Assembly: GCA_963833225.1 (NCBI GenBank)
Contig: CAWHXD010000008.1
Span: forward strand, 320,001 to 384,000
Reading direction: 5' to 3'
Length of the DNA: 64,000 nucleotides
Source: an uncultured Chloroflexia bacterium
GTDB lineage: Bacteria > Chloroflexota > Limnocylindria > Limnocylindrales > CSP1-4
The notes below the pieces were generated by a model. It made no database searches and had not been told where the DNA came from. It saw only the letters and a list, made by a program, of their open reading frames with translations. Position numbers and translations under genes: made by a program. How positions within the stretch are numbered: position 1 is the stretch's first letter; each line of letters begins with the position of its first letter. Positions 47,764 to 59,021 of this stretch are shown here, piece by piece.

Positions 47764-48890
47764 TGCGCGAGTCCCTCCTCCACGTACCGCCCGCCGATCG
47801 CTGCGGCCTCGACGACCTCACCCACGACCCATGCCGGCACCCCACGGGCCAGTGCCAGCTCCACGGTCCGCGCCGCGGCCTCCGCGGGGACCACCAGCAC
47901 CATGCCCAGACCCCCGTTGAATGTCGCGCGCAGCTCCGCCTCGCCGATGGACCCGAGACCCCCGAGCACGCGCATGACCGACGGCAGCGGCCACGTCGAC
48001 GGATCGACCCGCGCCCCCAAACCCTCGGGCAGCGCCCGCGGCACGTTGCCCGGCAGCCCGCCGCCCGTGATGTGGGCCATCCCGCGCAGCTCGTGCCCGG
48101 CCCCCTCGAGGTCCGCCCGGATCGTGAGCAGGTCCCGCGCGTAGATGCGCGTCGGCGTCAGCAGCACGTCACCCAGGGTGGCGTCCACGAGCCCGGGCTC
48201 GGCGATGAGCTCGAACCCCGACAGCGAGCAGCCAAGGACGCGACAGGCGAGCCCGCCGTACGGCACGTCGAGGTCCAGCCGGTGGTCCCGGACGAGCGCC
48301 CTGACCAGCGAGTAGCCGTTCGCGTGGAGCCCGCTCGACGCCAGCCCCACGATCGCGTCGCCGGCGCGGGCCGCGGTCCCGTCGAGCAGGCGCGAGCGCT
48401 CCCCCACCCCGATGCAGAAGCCCGCGAGGTCGAACGCGTCGGGCTCCATGAGCCCGGGGTGCTCCGCGGTCTCGCCGCCGGTGAGCGCGGCGCCGGCCTG
48501 CCGGCAGCCATCGGCGATGCCGCTCACGAGGGCCGCCACCCGCTCGGGGACCAGCCGCCCGATCGCGATGTAGTCGAGGAACGCCAGCGGCTCCGCCCCG
48601 CTGCAGGCGACATCGTCCGCACACATGGCCACGAGGTCGATCCCGATCGTGTCCAGCCGGCCCAGCGCCTGTGCGATCGCGGTCTTGGTGCCCACGCCGT
48701 CCGTGGACGAGACGATCACGGGTTCCCGGTACCCGGCCGGGATCGCCACCGCGGACCCGAACCCGCCGAGCCCGCCGAGCACCTCCGGCCGTCGGGTGCC
48801 GGCCACGGACGCGCGCATCAGCTCCACCGCGCGCTCGCCCGCGCCCACGTCGACGCCGGACCGGGCGTAGGCCTGCCGGGTGTCGTTCAT
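47760..48890 (-). CDS. purM: Phosphoribosylformylglycinamidine cyclo-ligase
   Basis: SGVDV, GGLGGFG, STDGVGTK, GGETAEHP, SSGLHANGYSL, HITGGG. Confidence 0.96.
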   Translation of the reverse strand: MNDTRQAYARSGVDVGAGERAVELMRASVAGTRRPEVLGGLGGFGSAVAIPAGYREPVIVSSTDGVGTKTAIAQALGRLDTIGIDLVAMCADDVACSGAEPLAFLDYIAIGRLVPERVAALVSGIADGCRQAGAALTGGETAEHPGLMEPDAFDLAGFCIGVGERSRLLDGTAARAGDAIVGLASSGLHANGYSLVRALVRDHRLDLDVPYGGLACRVLGCSLSGFELIAEPGLVDATLGDVLLTPTRIYARDLLTIRADLEGAGHELRGMAHITGGGLPGNVPRALPEGLGARVDPSTWPLPSVMRVLGGLGSIGEAELRATFNGGLGMVLVVPAEAAARTVELALARGVPAWVVGEVVEAAAIGGRYVEEGLAQ

Positions 48891-50329
48891 GACGCGGGCG
48901 CCACCATCTCGAGCATGAGCTTCCGCTCCGACGCGTCGTAGGGCACCGGCTCCGGGTAGTTGCCGTCGAAGCACGCGAAGCAGAACCGGTCGTATGGGAG
49001 GTCAAGCGCCGCGAGCACGCCCGGCACCGAGAGGTAGCCCAGCGAGTCCGCGCCGATGAACTCCCGGATCTCCTCCACCGACAGCCGGGCGGCGATCAGC
49101 TCGGTCTCGATCGCCGTGTCGATCCCGTAGAAGCAGGGGTGGTAGATCGGCGGGGCGCTGATCCGGACGTGGACCTCGGCCGCCCCGGCACGGCGCAGCA
49201 GCCCCACGATCTGCTTGGTCGTGGTGCCACGCACGATCGAATCGTCCACCACGATCAGCTTCTGGTCGCGGACGACCTCCCGCAGCGGGCTGAGCTTGAC
49301 GTTGACGCCACGCTGGCGCATCGCCTGCGACGGCTGGATGAAGGTCCGCCCCGAGTAGCGGTTGCGGACCAGGCCTTCCCGGTACGGGATCCCGGAGGCC
49401 TCCGCGAACCCGGCCGCCGCGGGGGCGCCGGTGTCGGGGACGGGCATCACGAGGTCGGCTGCGACCGGATGCTCGGCGGCCAGCCGCATGCCCATGTGGC
49501 GGCGCGCCTCGTACAGGTTCACGCCCTCCATGTACGAGTCGGGGCGGGCAAAGTAGATGAGCTCGAACACGCACAGCGCGGGGGTTGCCGCCGCGTACCG
49601 GACGCTCACCGGGTCGCGGCCCGGCTCCAGGACCACGATCTCGCCGGGCTCCACGTCGCGCACGAACTCGGCGCCGATGATGTCGAGCGCGGTGGTCTCC
49701 GAGGCGAGGATCCAGCCGCCGGTGTCGTCGCCCCACAGCCCGGGCTCGGCGTCGCCGGGCAGCGACAGGCGGCCGAGGACCAGCGGCCGGAACCCATGGG
49801 GATCCCGGACGCCGATGACGCGCTTCGCGTCCAGGATGACGAGGCTGAACGCGCCGCGGACCCGGGGCAGCACGCGGCGCAGCGCATCGACGGTGTCATC
49901 GGCCGGCTCGTCCGCGAGGAGCGCCGTCAGCAGCTCCGTGTCCGTGCTGGCGGGCAGCCGGCCGCGCCCGCCCTGGAGCTGGTCCAGGAGCTCGCGGGTG
50001 TTGACGAGATTGCCGTTGTGCCCGATGGCGAGCGCCCGGCGGGGTCCCAGCCGGAGCGTGGGCTGGGCGTTCTCCCAGACCGTGGAGCCGGTCGTGGAGT
50101 ACCGGCAGTGGGCAACCGCGAGGTCGCCGGCCAGCGACGGGATCCGGCGCTCGTCAAGAACCTGGCCCACCATCCCCAGGTCCTTGTAGATCATCAGGTG
50201 GGTGCCGTCGGAGACGCCGACGCCCGCGGACTCCTGCCCGCGGTGCTGGAGCGCGAACAGCGCGGTCGCCGCGACGGCCGCGGCCTCGTGGCCCCGGTTG
50301 GGCAGGACGACGCCGACGACGCCGCACAT
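48887..50329 (-). CDS. purF: Amidophosphoribosyltransferase
   Basis: MCGVVG N-terminal Cys, LQHRGQE, HCRYST, VDDSIVRGTT, PCFYGID, CFACF. Confidence 0.97.
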   Translation of the reverse strand: MCGVVGVVLPNRGHEAAAVAATALFALQHRGQESAGVGVSDGTHLMIYKDLGMVGQVLDERRIPSLAGDLAVAHCRYSTTGSTVWENAQPTLRLGPRRALAIGHNGNLVNTRELLDQLQGGRGRLPASTDTELLTALLADEPADDTVDALRRVLPRVRGAFSLVILDAKRVIGVRDPHGFRPLVLGRLSLPGDAEPGLWGDDTGGWILASETTALDIIGAEFVRDVEPGEIVVLEPGRDPVSVRYAAATPALCVFELIYFARPDSYMEGVNLYEARRHMGMRLAAEHPVAADLVMPVPDTGAPAAAGFAEASGIPYREGLVRNRYSGRTFIQPSQAMRQRGVNVKLSPLREVVRDQKLIVVDDSIVRGTTTKQIVGLLRRAGAAEVHVRISAPPIYHPCFYGIDTAIETELIAARLSVEEIREFIGADSLGYLSVPGVLAALDLPYDRFCFACFDGNYPEPVPYDASERKLMLEMVAPAS

Positions 50330-52721
50330 CAGCCGGCAACCTCCGCACCCGGCAGCGCGACGTCGGCAAGGTGGCTGGTCTCGCCATCACCCGCCCACCC
50401 GAGCGCCCGCGACAGGCCGTGCTCCCAGGCGTGGCGCAGGTCGGCGACCGGCACGTCGATGGCGTCCGCGATCCGGCTCCCCCGTTCCTCGGCCGCCCCG
50501 GTGGCCCCCTCGCCGGCGAGGTCGATCTGGAAGCGGTCGCCGCCCGTCGTGCCCAGCGAGGCGACCGGGAGGCGGTAGCTGACCGCCAGCTGCTCAAAGA
50601 TGCCGGCATGCGCGGGCAGCACCTCGCACAGGATCCGCGACGGGCTCTCCCCGAACAAGGCCACCGCGGGCGAGTCCCCCACCGGCAGCCGCAGCCGCGC
50701 CCCGCGTCCGCCCCAGATGCACATCTCGGCCAGGGCCACGGCCAGCCCGCCGCCCGACACGTCCTGGCAGCTGGCCACGAGCCCGCGATCGATCGCCTCT
50801 CGGATGAACGCCTGGAGGGCCCGCTCGCGCTCGAGGTCGAGGGCCGGCGGGCGGTCCTCGAGCGAGGCGCCGGCGAGACGCTCGTACTCGGATCCGCCCA
50901 GGCCGGGAACTGGCTCGCCGACGAGCAGCAGCGCGGCACCGTCGGCGGTGAGGGCCGGCCCGGTCCGCTTGGCCACGTCGCTGAGCAGGCCCACGATCCC
51001 GATCTCGGGCGTCGGTGCGATCGACGATCCGGGAGCCTCGTTGTAGAGGGAGACGTTGCCGCCCGTGACCGGCAGGCCCAGGGCCCGGCAGGCATCGCCG
51101 AGGCCGCGGACGCCCTCCGCGAGCTGCCAGAAGGCTTCCGGGCGGGTCGGGTCGCCGTAGTTGAGGCAGTTGGTGACGCCCAGTGGCCGCGCGCCCGTGA
51201 TGGACACGTTGCGGGCCGCCTCGGCGACCGACATGGCCGCCCCCAGCCAGGGGTCGAACTGGCCCACCGGGGCGTTGCCGTCGGTGGTCGCCACCAGCGC
51301 CTTCCTGGTGCCCTTGATCCGCAGCACGGCCGCGCCGCGCCCGGGAGCGGCCACCGTGTTCGACTGCACGTTGGAGTCGTACTGCTCGTAGACCGGCCGG
51401 CGGGAGCCCAGGTTCGCGGAGCCCAGCAGGGCCGTCAGCACGGCGGCCGGGTCCTGGCCACGGAGCCGCAGGCTGTCCACGGGCTCCGCGGGCGCGCCGG
51501 GAGCGGGCGCCGAGCGGCGACGGGCGGGTGGGCGCGACTCGCGGTCGAACACGATGGCCTCGCTGGCCAGGGCACGGGCCGGCATGCGGGCAAGCTCGAT
51601 CGCGCCGGCCACGGGCCGTCCGTCGGCGTCGAGGGCCCCCGAGCCGTCGGGCGCCGTGAGGACGACGATGTCCGGCTGCTCGGTCACCCGCCCGATGATC
51701 GCGACCGGGAGATCCCACCGTTCGCAGACGGCCCGCACGGCCTCCCAGCGGGCCGGCTCGACGATGGCGACCATCCGCTCCTGGGACTCGCTGATCATGA
51801 CCTCGAACGGCTCCAGCCCGGGCTCGCGGCGCGGGATCGCGTCCAGGTCCACCAGGATCCCGGTCCCGCCGCGGTCCGCGGTCTCGCCGGTGGCGCAGGT
51901 GATGCCCGCCGCGCCGAGGTCCTGGATGCTGACCACGAGCGCCTTCGCGATCAGCTCCAGGCGTGGCCTCGATCAGGAGCTTCTCCGCGAACGGGTCGCC
52001 GACCTGGACGCTCGGGGCGCTTGGACGGGTCGCTGTCGCCGAACGTCGCGCTCGCGAGCACCGATGCCCCGCCGATGCCGTCCCGGCCGGTGGCGCTCCC
52101 GTAGAGGACCACGAGGTTGCCCGGGCCGTCGGCGCGAGGCGTGGGTGAGCATCCCGTCCTCGAGCAGCCCGATGGCCATCACGTTGACCAGCGGGTTGCC
52201 CTGGTACGAGGGGTCGAACACGAGCTCGCCGCCGACGGTCGGCACGCCGACGCAGTTGCCGTAGCCGCCCACCCCGCGCACCACGCCGTCGACCAGGTGC
52301 CGTGTCCGCGGGTCGGACGGGTCACCGAAGCGGAGCGCGTCGAGGACCGCGATCGGGCGCGCGCCCATGGCGAAGATGTCGCGCAGGATGCCGCCGACGC
52401 CGGTCGCCGCGCCCTGGTACGGCTCCACGGCCGAGGGGTGGTTGTGGCTCTCGATCTTGAACGCGACCGCGAGCCCGTCGCCGATCGCGATGACGCCGGC
52501 CTGCTCGCCGATGCCCGCGACGACGTCCTCGCCCTTGGTGGGCAGGGTCCGGAGCAGCGGTCGGGAGCTCTTGTACGAGCAGTGCTCGCTCCACATCACG
52601 CGAGAACATCGCGAGCTCGAGGTCGTTGGGCTCGCGGCCGTCGAGCTTCTCGCGGATCGCCTCGAGCTCCACGTCGGTGAGCCCGAGCGACCCGGTGCAG
52701 CGGGGCGGCGCCGGCGGTCAT
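50329..52721 (-). CDS. purL: FGAM synthase PurL, small type (apparent frameshifts in 51960-52690)
   Basis: [57 protein letters not shown]. Confidence 0.93.
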
Positions 52722-53487
52722 GCCGCGCCTCCGACGGTCGCGGGCACCGGTCGCGTGCCGGTGATCCGGCCCGTGCTCGCCCACTCCTCGGCGCTGACCA
52801 CCAGCGAGCGGATGATCCCCAGGCCGTCGTCGGAGCCGAGGATCGCCTCGACCGCGCGTCTCGGGATGGGGCATCAACCCGGCGACGTTGCCGGCCGCGT
52901 TCCGAACCCCGGCGATGCCGCGCAGCGAGCCGTTCGGGTTGCCGGCGTCGTCGGGGCCGGCCACCGAGCCGTCGGGGTTGGCATACCGCCACAGCACCCC
53001 GCCGTCGGCCTCGAGGGCATCGAGCGTCGGCTCGTCGGCGTAGTAGCAGCCCTCGCCGTGGGCGACCGGCATCCGCAGCGGGCGGCGCTCCCCGATCTCG
53101 CGGGTGAACGGCGAGTCGAGATGCTCGGGCATGAGCGTCACCTGGCGGCACACGAACCGCAGGCCGCGGTTGCGCATCAGCGACGCCGGGCACCAGGTGC
53201 GCCTCCGCGAGGACCTGGAAGCCGTTGCAGATCCCGAGGACGGGCCCGCCGCGCGCGGCGAACTCGGCCACGGCCCGCATCACGGGCGAGAAGCGAGCGA
53301 TGACGCCGGCGCGCAGGTAGTCCCCGTAGGCGAAGCCGCCCGGGATCAGGATGCCGGCGACGCCCGCCAGGTCGACGGATTCGTGCCACAGGATCCGCGG
53401 CTCGGCGCCCGCCACCGTCAGGGCGTTGACCGCGTCGATGTCGCGGTTCGAGCCCGGGAACAGGACGATGCCGACGCGAGCCGTCAC
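52718..53487 (-). CDS. purQ: FGAM synthase glutaminase PurQ (apparent frameshifts ~53182, ~52855)
   Basis: [40 protein letters not shown]. Confidence 0.92.
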
Positions 53488-53782
53488 CCGCCGGACCCCG
53501 CCATCGCGGGCGCGGCACCCTCGCCCAGGGTCTCACGCCGTACTGCTCCATCAGCGGGTTGGACAGGAGCTCGCCGGCGAGACGGTCCACGATCGCGCGC
53601 GCGGCGGCCTCGTCGGCAGCGGTCACGGACAGCTCGACGCGGCGGCCCACGCGGACGCCGGACACGCCGGCGATCCCGAGGTGCGGGAGGCTGCGCTCCA
53701 CGGCCTTGCCCTGGGGATCCAGGATCCCCGGCTTGGGGGTGACGTTGACCGCGAAACGCCAGGTGCGGTTGTGCTCGCTCAT
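53484..53782 (-). CDS. purS: FGAM synthase subunit PurS (apparent frameshift near the 3' end)
   Basis: [25 protein letters not shown]. Confidence 0.92.
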
Positions 53783-54696
53783 CGGGCGATGACATCCTCC
53801 GACAGGTAGCGGGCGAAGCTCGCCCCGGTGATCCGCTCAAAGGCCTCGACGTAGCGAGCGCGGGTGCCCGCGACCACGTCGTCCGGGAGGTCCGGCCCCG
53901 GCGCCGTCTTGCCCCACGGCTGCTGCTCCAGCCAGTCGCGGACGAACTGCTTGTCGTGGCTCGCCTGGGCGCGCCCCGGCTCCCAGGCCGCCGACTCCCA
54001 GAAGCGGGACGAATCCGGGGTGAGGATCTCGTCGACCAGGATCACCTCGCCCGAGGGCAGGACGCCGAACTCGAACTTGGTGTCGGCGAGGGTGATCCCG
54101 GCCCGCTCGCAGACGGCCGCCCCGTGCGCGTACAGCGCGAGGCTGGCGTCACGGACGCGTGCGGCCCGGTCGGGACCCACGAGCGCCACCACGTCCGCGA
54201 AGGAGATGTTCTCGTCGTGCTGGCCCGACGGCGCCTTGAACGCCGGGGTGAACACCGGCTCCGGGAGCCGGTCCGACTCGCGCAGCCCCGATGGCATGGC
54301 GATCCCGCACACGGAGCCGGTTGCCCGGTAGTCCTTCCAGCCGGAGCCGCTCAGGTATCCGCGCACCACGCACTCGACCGGGAGCACCTCGGCCAGCCGG
54401 CCCAGCATCATCCGTCCGCGGAGCTCGTCGAGGAGCGCGGGCTCGCCCCGGGTCACCTCCATGGGCACATCGGCCGGGTCTGTTGAGAGGAGGTGGTTGG
54501 GAACGATCGAGGCCGTCTCGGCGAACCAGAAGCGCGACAGGCCGGTGAGCACGCGGCCCTTGTCCGGGATGGCGGTGGGCAGCACCACGTCGAACGCCGA
54601 CAGCCGGTCCGAGGCGACCAGCAGCAGCCGGTCCTCCCCCACCCGGTACAGGTCGCGGACCTTGCCGGACCGGACGAACGCGTCAGACGACAGCAT
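53779..54696 (-). CDS. purC: SAICAR synthetase
   Basis: SGKVRDLY, SDRLSAFD, ECVVRGYLSGS, ADTKFEFG, DEILTPDSSRFW, DKQFVRDW. Confidence 0.96.
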   Translation of the reverse strand: MLSSDAFVRSGKVRDLYRVGEDRLLLVASDRLSAFDVVLPTAIPDKGRVLTGLSRFWFAETASIVPNHLLSTDPADVPMEVTRGEPALLDELRGRMMLGRLAEVLPVECVVRGYLSGSGWKDYRATGSVCGIAMPSGLRESDRLPEPVFTPAFKAPSGQHDENISFADVVALVGPDRAARVRDASLALYAHGAAVCERAGITLADTKFEFGVLPSGEVILVDEILTPDSSRFWESAAWEPGRAQASHDKQFVRDWLEQQPWGKTAPGPDLPDDVVAGTRARYVEAFERITGASFARYLSEDVIAR

Positions 54697-56051
54697 CGGA
54701 TCCCTCCCCTGGCGGCCTCGTGGCCACCGGCGTGCGCCTCTCGATCGCGGCCTCGAGCCCGTCGAGCCGGGCGATGATCTCGGGGACGTGGCGCAGGACC
54801 GCCTCGTCGTCGAAGCAGGCGTCGAGATCGGCGAGGGGCAGCTTTGCCGCGACCGTGGGATCGGTGGCCAGCAGGCCCTTGAGCGGCACCCGTTCGTCCG
54901 CGGCCCGGAGGGCGTTGCGCTGGACGATCGCGTACGCGTCCTCTCGCGACAGGCCGGCCGTCTCGACCAGCGCGAGCAGCACCCGGGACGAGGCGTGGAG
55001 GCCATGACCGCGCTCGATGTTCTCGCGCATCCGCTCCGGCCGGACCACCAGCCCCCCGACCAGGCCGACCGACTTCGCGAGCATGTAGTCGAGCAGGATC
55101 GTCGCGTCGGGCAGGATGACCCGCTCCGCGGAGCTGTGGCTGATGTCGCGCTCGTGCCACAGCGGCTGGTTCTCGAACGCGGTCCCCGCGTAGCCGCGGA
55201 GCAGACGGGCAAGACCCGCGATCCGCTCCGACAGGATCGGGTTGCGCTTGTGGGGCATCGCGGACGAGCCCTTCTGGCCGCGCTTGAACGGCTCCATGAC
55301 CTCCGCGATCTCGGTGTGCTGGAGGTTGCGGACCTCGGTCGCGAGGCGCTCCAGGCTGCCGCCGAGGATCGCGATGGCGGCCAGGAAGGCGGCGTGCCGA
55401 TCGCGCTGGACGATCTGGGTGCTGACGGGATCGGCGCGCAGCCCGAGATCCGCGAGGACCTCGGCCTCGAGATCCGGACCCAGGTGGCTGTACGTCCCCA
55501 CCGGGCCGCTGATCTTGCCGGTGGCGATCTCCGACGTCGCGGCTGCCAGCCGTTCCCGGCCGCGAGCCACCTCGAACGCCCAGCCGGCGCACTTGAGGCC
55601 GAACGTCGTGGGCTCCGCGTGGACGCTGTGGGTGCGACCCATCATCACCGTCCGCGCCTCTGCCCGGGCACGGGCGATGAGCGCGGCCGTCAGCCGGTCC
55701 GCGCCGGCGAGCAGCCGCTCGCCGGCGGCGCGGAGCTGGAGGGCGAGGGCGGTGTCGACCACGTCGCTGCTGGTGAGCCCGAGGTGGAGGAACCGTCCCT
55801 CGGGGCCGACGGTCTCCGCGACCTGGCTCACGAAGGCGATCACGTCGTGATCCGTGGTTCGCTCGATCTCGGCGATGCGTTCCACGTCCACGCGCGCGCG
55901 CGCCTCGATCCCCTCGAGCGCGGTCGCCGGGACGAGGCCGCGGCTGACCTGGGCCCGGCAGACGGCGATCTCGACCTCGAGCATGCCGCTCGAACCGGGC
56001 CTCGTCGGACCACAGGGCGCCCATCTCGGGAAGGGTGTAGCGCCGGATCAT
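54683..56051 (-). CDS. purB: Adenylosuccinate lyase (one apparent frameshift ~55987)
   Basis: [53 protein letters not shown]. Confidence 0.95.
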
Positions 56052-57401
56052 CGTGCGGCTCCCGCGGCGGCGACGGCGGCCCCGGCCGGCAGGTCGCGGG
56101 CGATGTCACGACGGCGCTGCATGCCGTCCCAGCGCACGGCGTCGGCGGCGCGCTCGGCCGCTGCCCGTGCCGCCGGCAGATCGACGCCCAGGGCCGTCAG
56201 CGCGAGCACGCGGCCGCCGTTGGTCCCAAAGCCGCCCTCGGGACGTTGCCGCGCAGCCGTGCCCGCGTGGAACACGAGCGCCCCGGCGGCCACGGCGTCC
56301 TCGATGCCCTCGATCGGATCGCCACGGCGCGGGTCGCCCGGATAGCCGTGCGCGGCGAGGACGACCGTCACGGCGGCCTCCGGGCGGACCGGGAGCCGCG
56401 ATCGGCGCGTCGGCGGGCAGGGCGCCCGCCGCCGCGGCTGCCAGGAGCGGCGCGAGATCGGCGTCGAGGCGCGGCAGGATCGCCTGGGCCTCGGGATCGC
56501 CGAGCCGGACGTTGGTCTCGAGGAGCACGGGGCCGGTCGGGGTCAGCATCAGGCCCGCGTACAGGAAGCCCCGGAACGGCGTGCCCCGACGCGCCAGCTC
56601 GGCGAGGATCGGCAGGTGGACGGTCCGGAGCAACCCGTCCACCGCGCCGTCGTCGAGATCGGGCAGCGGCGAGTAGGCGCCCATCCCGCCCGTGTTGGGA
56701 CCGGCGTCCCCGTCGCACAGGCGCTTGTGGTCGCGCGCCGCCGGGAGCGCGATCGCGCGGGTGCCGTCGCAGATCGCGATCACGCTGGCCTCGCGCCCCT
56801 CGAGCCGCTCCTCGATCACGAGCGCCGGCGCGCCTGGCTCCCGGCCCACGAGGAACGACGGCATCGAGCTCCAGCGCCTGTGCGGTCGAGTCGGTGACGA
56901 TGACGCCCTTGCCCGCCGCGAGGCCGTCCGCCTTGAGCACGGCCAGCGCTCCGTCCGCGGCGAGCTCCGCGATGAACGCGGCCGCCTCAGCCTGCTGCCC
57001 GCCACCGAGCGCCCGCGACCGGGCCATCCGCACGCCCGCGGCCTCCGCCACGTCGTGGCAGAACGCCTTGCGACGTCTCCATCCGGGCGGCGGCTCGCAC
57101 CGGGCCGAAGACCGGCGATCCCGGCCGCGACGAGCGCGTCCGCCACGCCGACGCCCAGCGGCGCCTCGGGCCCCACGACCACGAGGTCCACGGCCTCGGT
57201 CCGTGCGAGGGCCACGACCGCGGGCGGGTCGAGCGGGTCGACGGGCACGCACCGGACGCCCGGCTGCCGGCCGATCCCCGCGCTGCCGGGTGCCGCCACG
57301 ACCTCCCGGACGCCCGCCTCGCGCGCGAGCTTCCACGCGAGGGCGTGCTCGCGGCCGCCGCCACCGAGGACGAGGATGCGGGCCGGGACGGGGAGGGTCA
57401 C
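56048..57401 (-). CDS. purD: Phosphoribosylamine--glycine ligase (several apparent frameshifts)
   Basis: [61 protein letters not shown]. Confidence 0.92.
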
Positions 57402-57418
57402 GCTGCGTCCTTCGATCG

Positions 57419-58728
57419 TCAGGCCGGCAGGGTTGGCCGGTGCCGCATCGGGCGCCAGGCACGTTCGATGGTCTGGGTTCGTTCGGGTCCGACCGAGACG
57501 AACACGATCGGCACCCCCGCGTGGTCCTCGAGCGCCGTCACGTAGCGGCGAGCCGCCTCGGGCAGGCCGGCCAGCGACCGGATGTCGTGGATCGGCTCCT
57601 CCCAGCCCTCGAAGTCCTCGTAGATCGGCACCGCGCGCGAGAGCGCCGAGCCCGACGAAGGCCACGTCTCCACCCGCTGGCCGTCGATCGTCATAGGCCA
57701 CGCACAGCTTGATCGTCTCGATCCCCGACAGGATGTCGAGCTTGTTGAGCACGATCGCGGAGTTCGAGTTGACCGCGACCGCGTAGCGCAGCGGGACGGT
57801 GTCGAACCAGCCCACCCGGCGGGGCCGTCCGGTGACGGTGCCGAACTCGCGGCCCCGGTCCGCGATCCCGCGGCCAACCTCGTCGACCAGCTCCGTGGGG
57901 AACGGGCCGGACCCGACGCGGGTCGCGTAGGCCTTCATCACCCCAATGATCTCGTCGACCTGGAGCGGCCCGATGCCGCCGCCGGTGCAGGCACCGCCGG
58001 CCACGGGGTTGGAGCTGGTGACGAACGGGTAGCTGCCGTGATCGAGGTCCAGCAGCGTGCCCTGGGCACCCTCGAGCAGCACGTGGTCGCCACGCCGCGA
58101 GCGCGTCCTGGACAAGCCACGTGGAGTCGTCGAGATGGGGGCGCAGGCGCTCGCCCCAGGCCAGGCCCTGCTGGACCAGCGGCTCGACCTCGAACGTGTC
58201 CACGCCCATGTTCGCGAGCAGCAGGTTCTTGTCGACGAGGGCGCGGGTGATCCGCTCGCGGAGCACGGGCTCGTCGCACAGGTCCTCCATCCGGAGGCCG
58301 AGTCGCCAGGCGCGGTCGCCGTAGGTTGGCCCGATGCCGCGTCCGGTGGTGCCCACCTTGGCGCCGGCGAGGCGGCTCTCGTTGCCTTTGTCGAGCGCGA
58401 CGTGGTACGGCATGATCACGTGCGCGCTGCGGCTGACGCGAACCTTGGACACGTCGACGCCCTTGGCGGCCAGCATGTCCAGCTCACGGATCAGGGTCGC
58501 CGGGTTGACCACGACCCCGTTGCCGATGACCGACGTGATGTGCGGGTAGAGCACGCCCGACGGGCACAGCTGGAGCTTGACCGTCTCGTCTCCGACCACG
58601 ACCGTGTGGCCCGCGTTGTCGCCTCCCTGGTAGCGGACCACCATCGCGGTCTGCTCGGCAAGGAAGTCGGTCGTCTTCCCCTTGCCCTCATCGCCCCACT
58701 GGAGGCCGACGATCACGGTCGCGGGCAT
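57419..58728 (-). CDS. purA: Adenylosuccinate synthetase (apparent frameshifts ~58095, ~57690)
   Basis: [58 protein letters not shown]. Confidence 0.95.
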
Positions 58729-58935
58729 CGCACATCTCCGGAAACAAACCGACCCCGGCATCTGCCGGGGTCACAGGTAGACATCTCCCGCGAGTGCCCG
58801 CCGCGGGACCGGCGGGCCGGGGTCTCGAAGGTGGGAGGCCGCCTCACGGGACGGACACCACGCCTTCCTCGAGCAACGGCGTTCTCCTCCATCGCGGGGC
58901 CGGCTGGGACCGGCCTCGAGGACCGGCCGAGTATA
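58729..58935 (-). promoter_or_regulatory. Promoter (-10 TATACT) and ~195-nt structured 5' leader of the pur operon; candidate riboswitch/attenuator
   Basis: TATACT at 58935-58930; several stems; terminator at the 3' end. Confidence 0.55.
58741..58772 (-). terminator. Intrinsic terminator-like hairpin in the pur operon leader (attenuator)
   Basis: GACCCCGGCA-GA-UGCCGGGGUC stem followed by GGUUUGUUUC, about 12 nt before the purA ATG. Confidence 0.7.
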
Positions 58936-59021
58936 CGCGACGGTCCCCCGCCCCGGGGCCCAAATCCGGGTTGCGGATCGGGTACGGTGGGGCAACGAGG
59001 GCGGTTTCGCCCGCAGAACCG

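Noticed and set aside
42147-58728. Programmed ribosomal frameshifting or pseudogenes in tatD/metG/pur genes
   Set aside because: No slippery sites recognised, indels are scattered and motifs intact; sequencing error is more parsimonious
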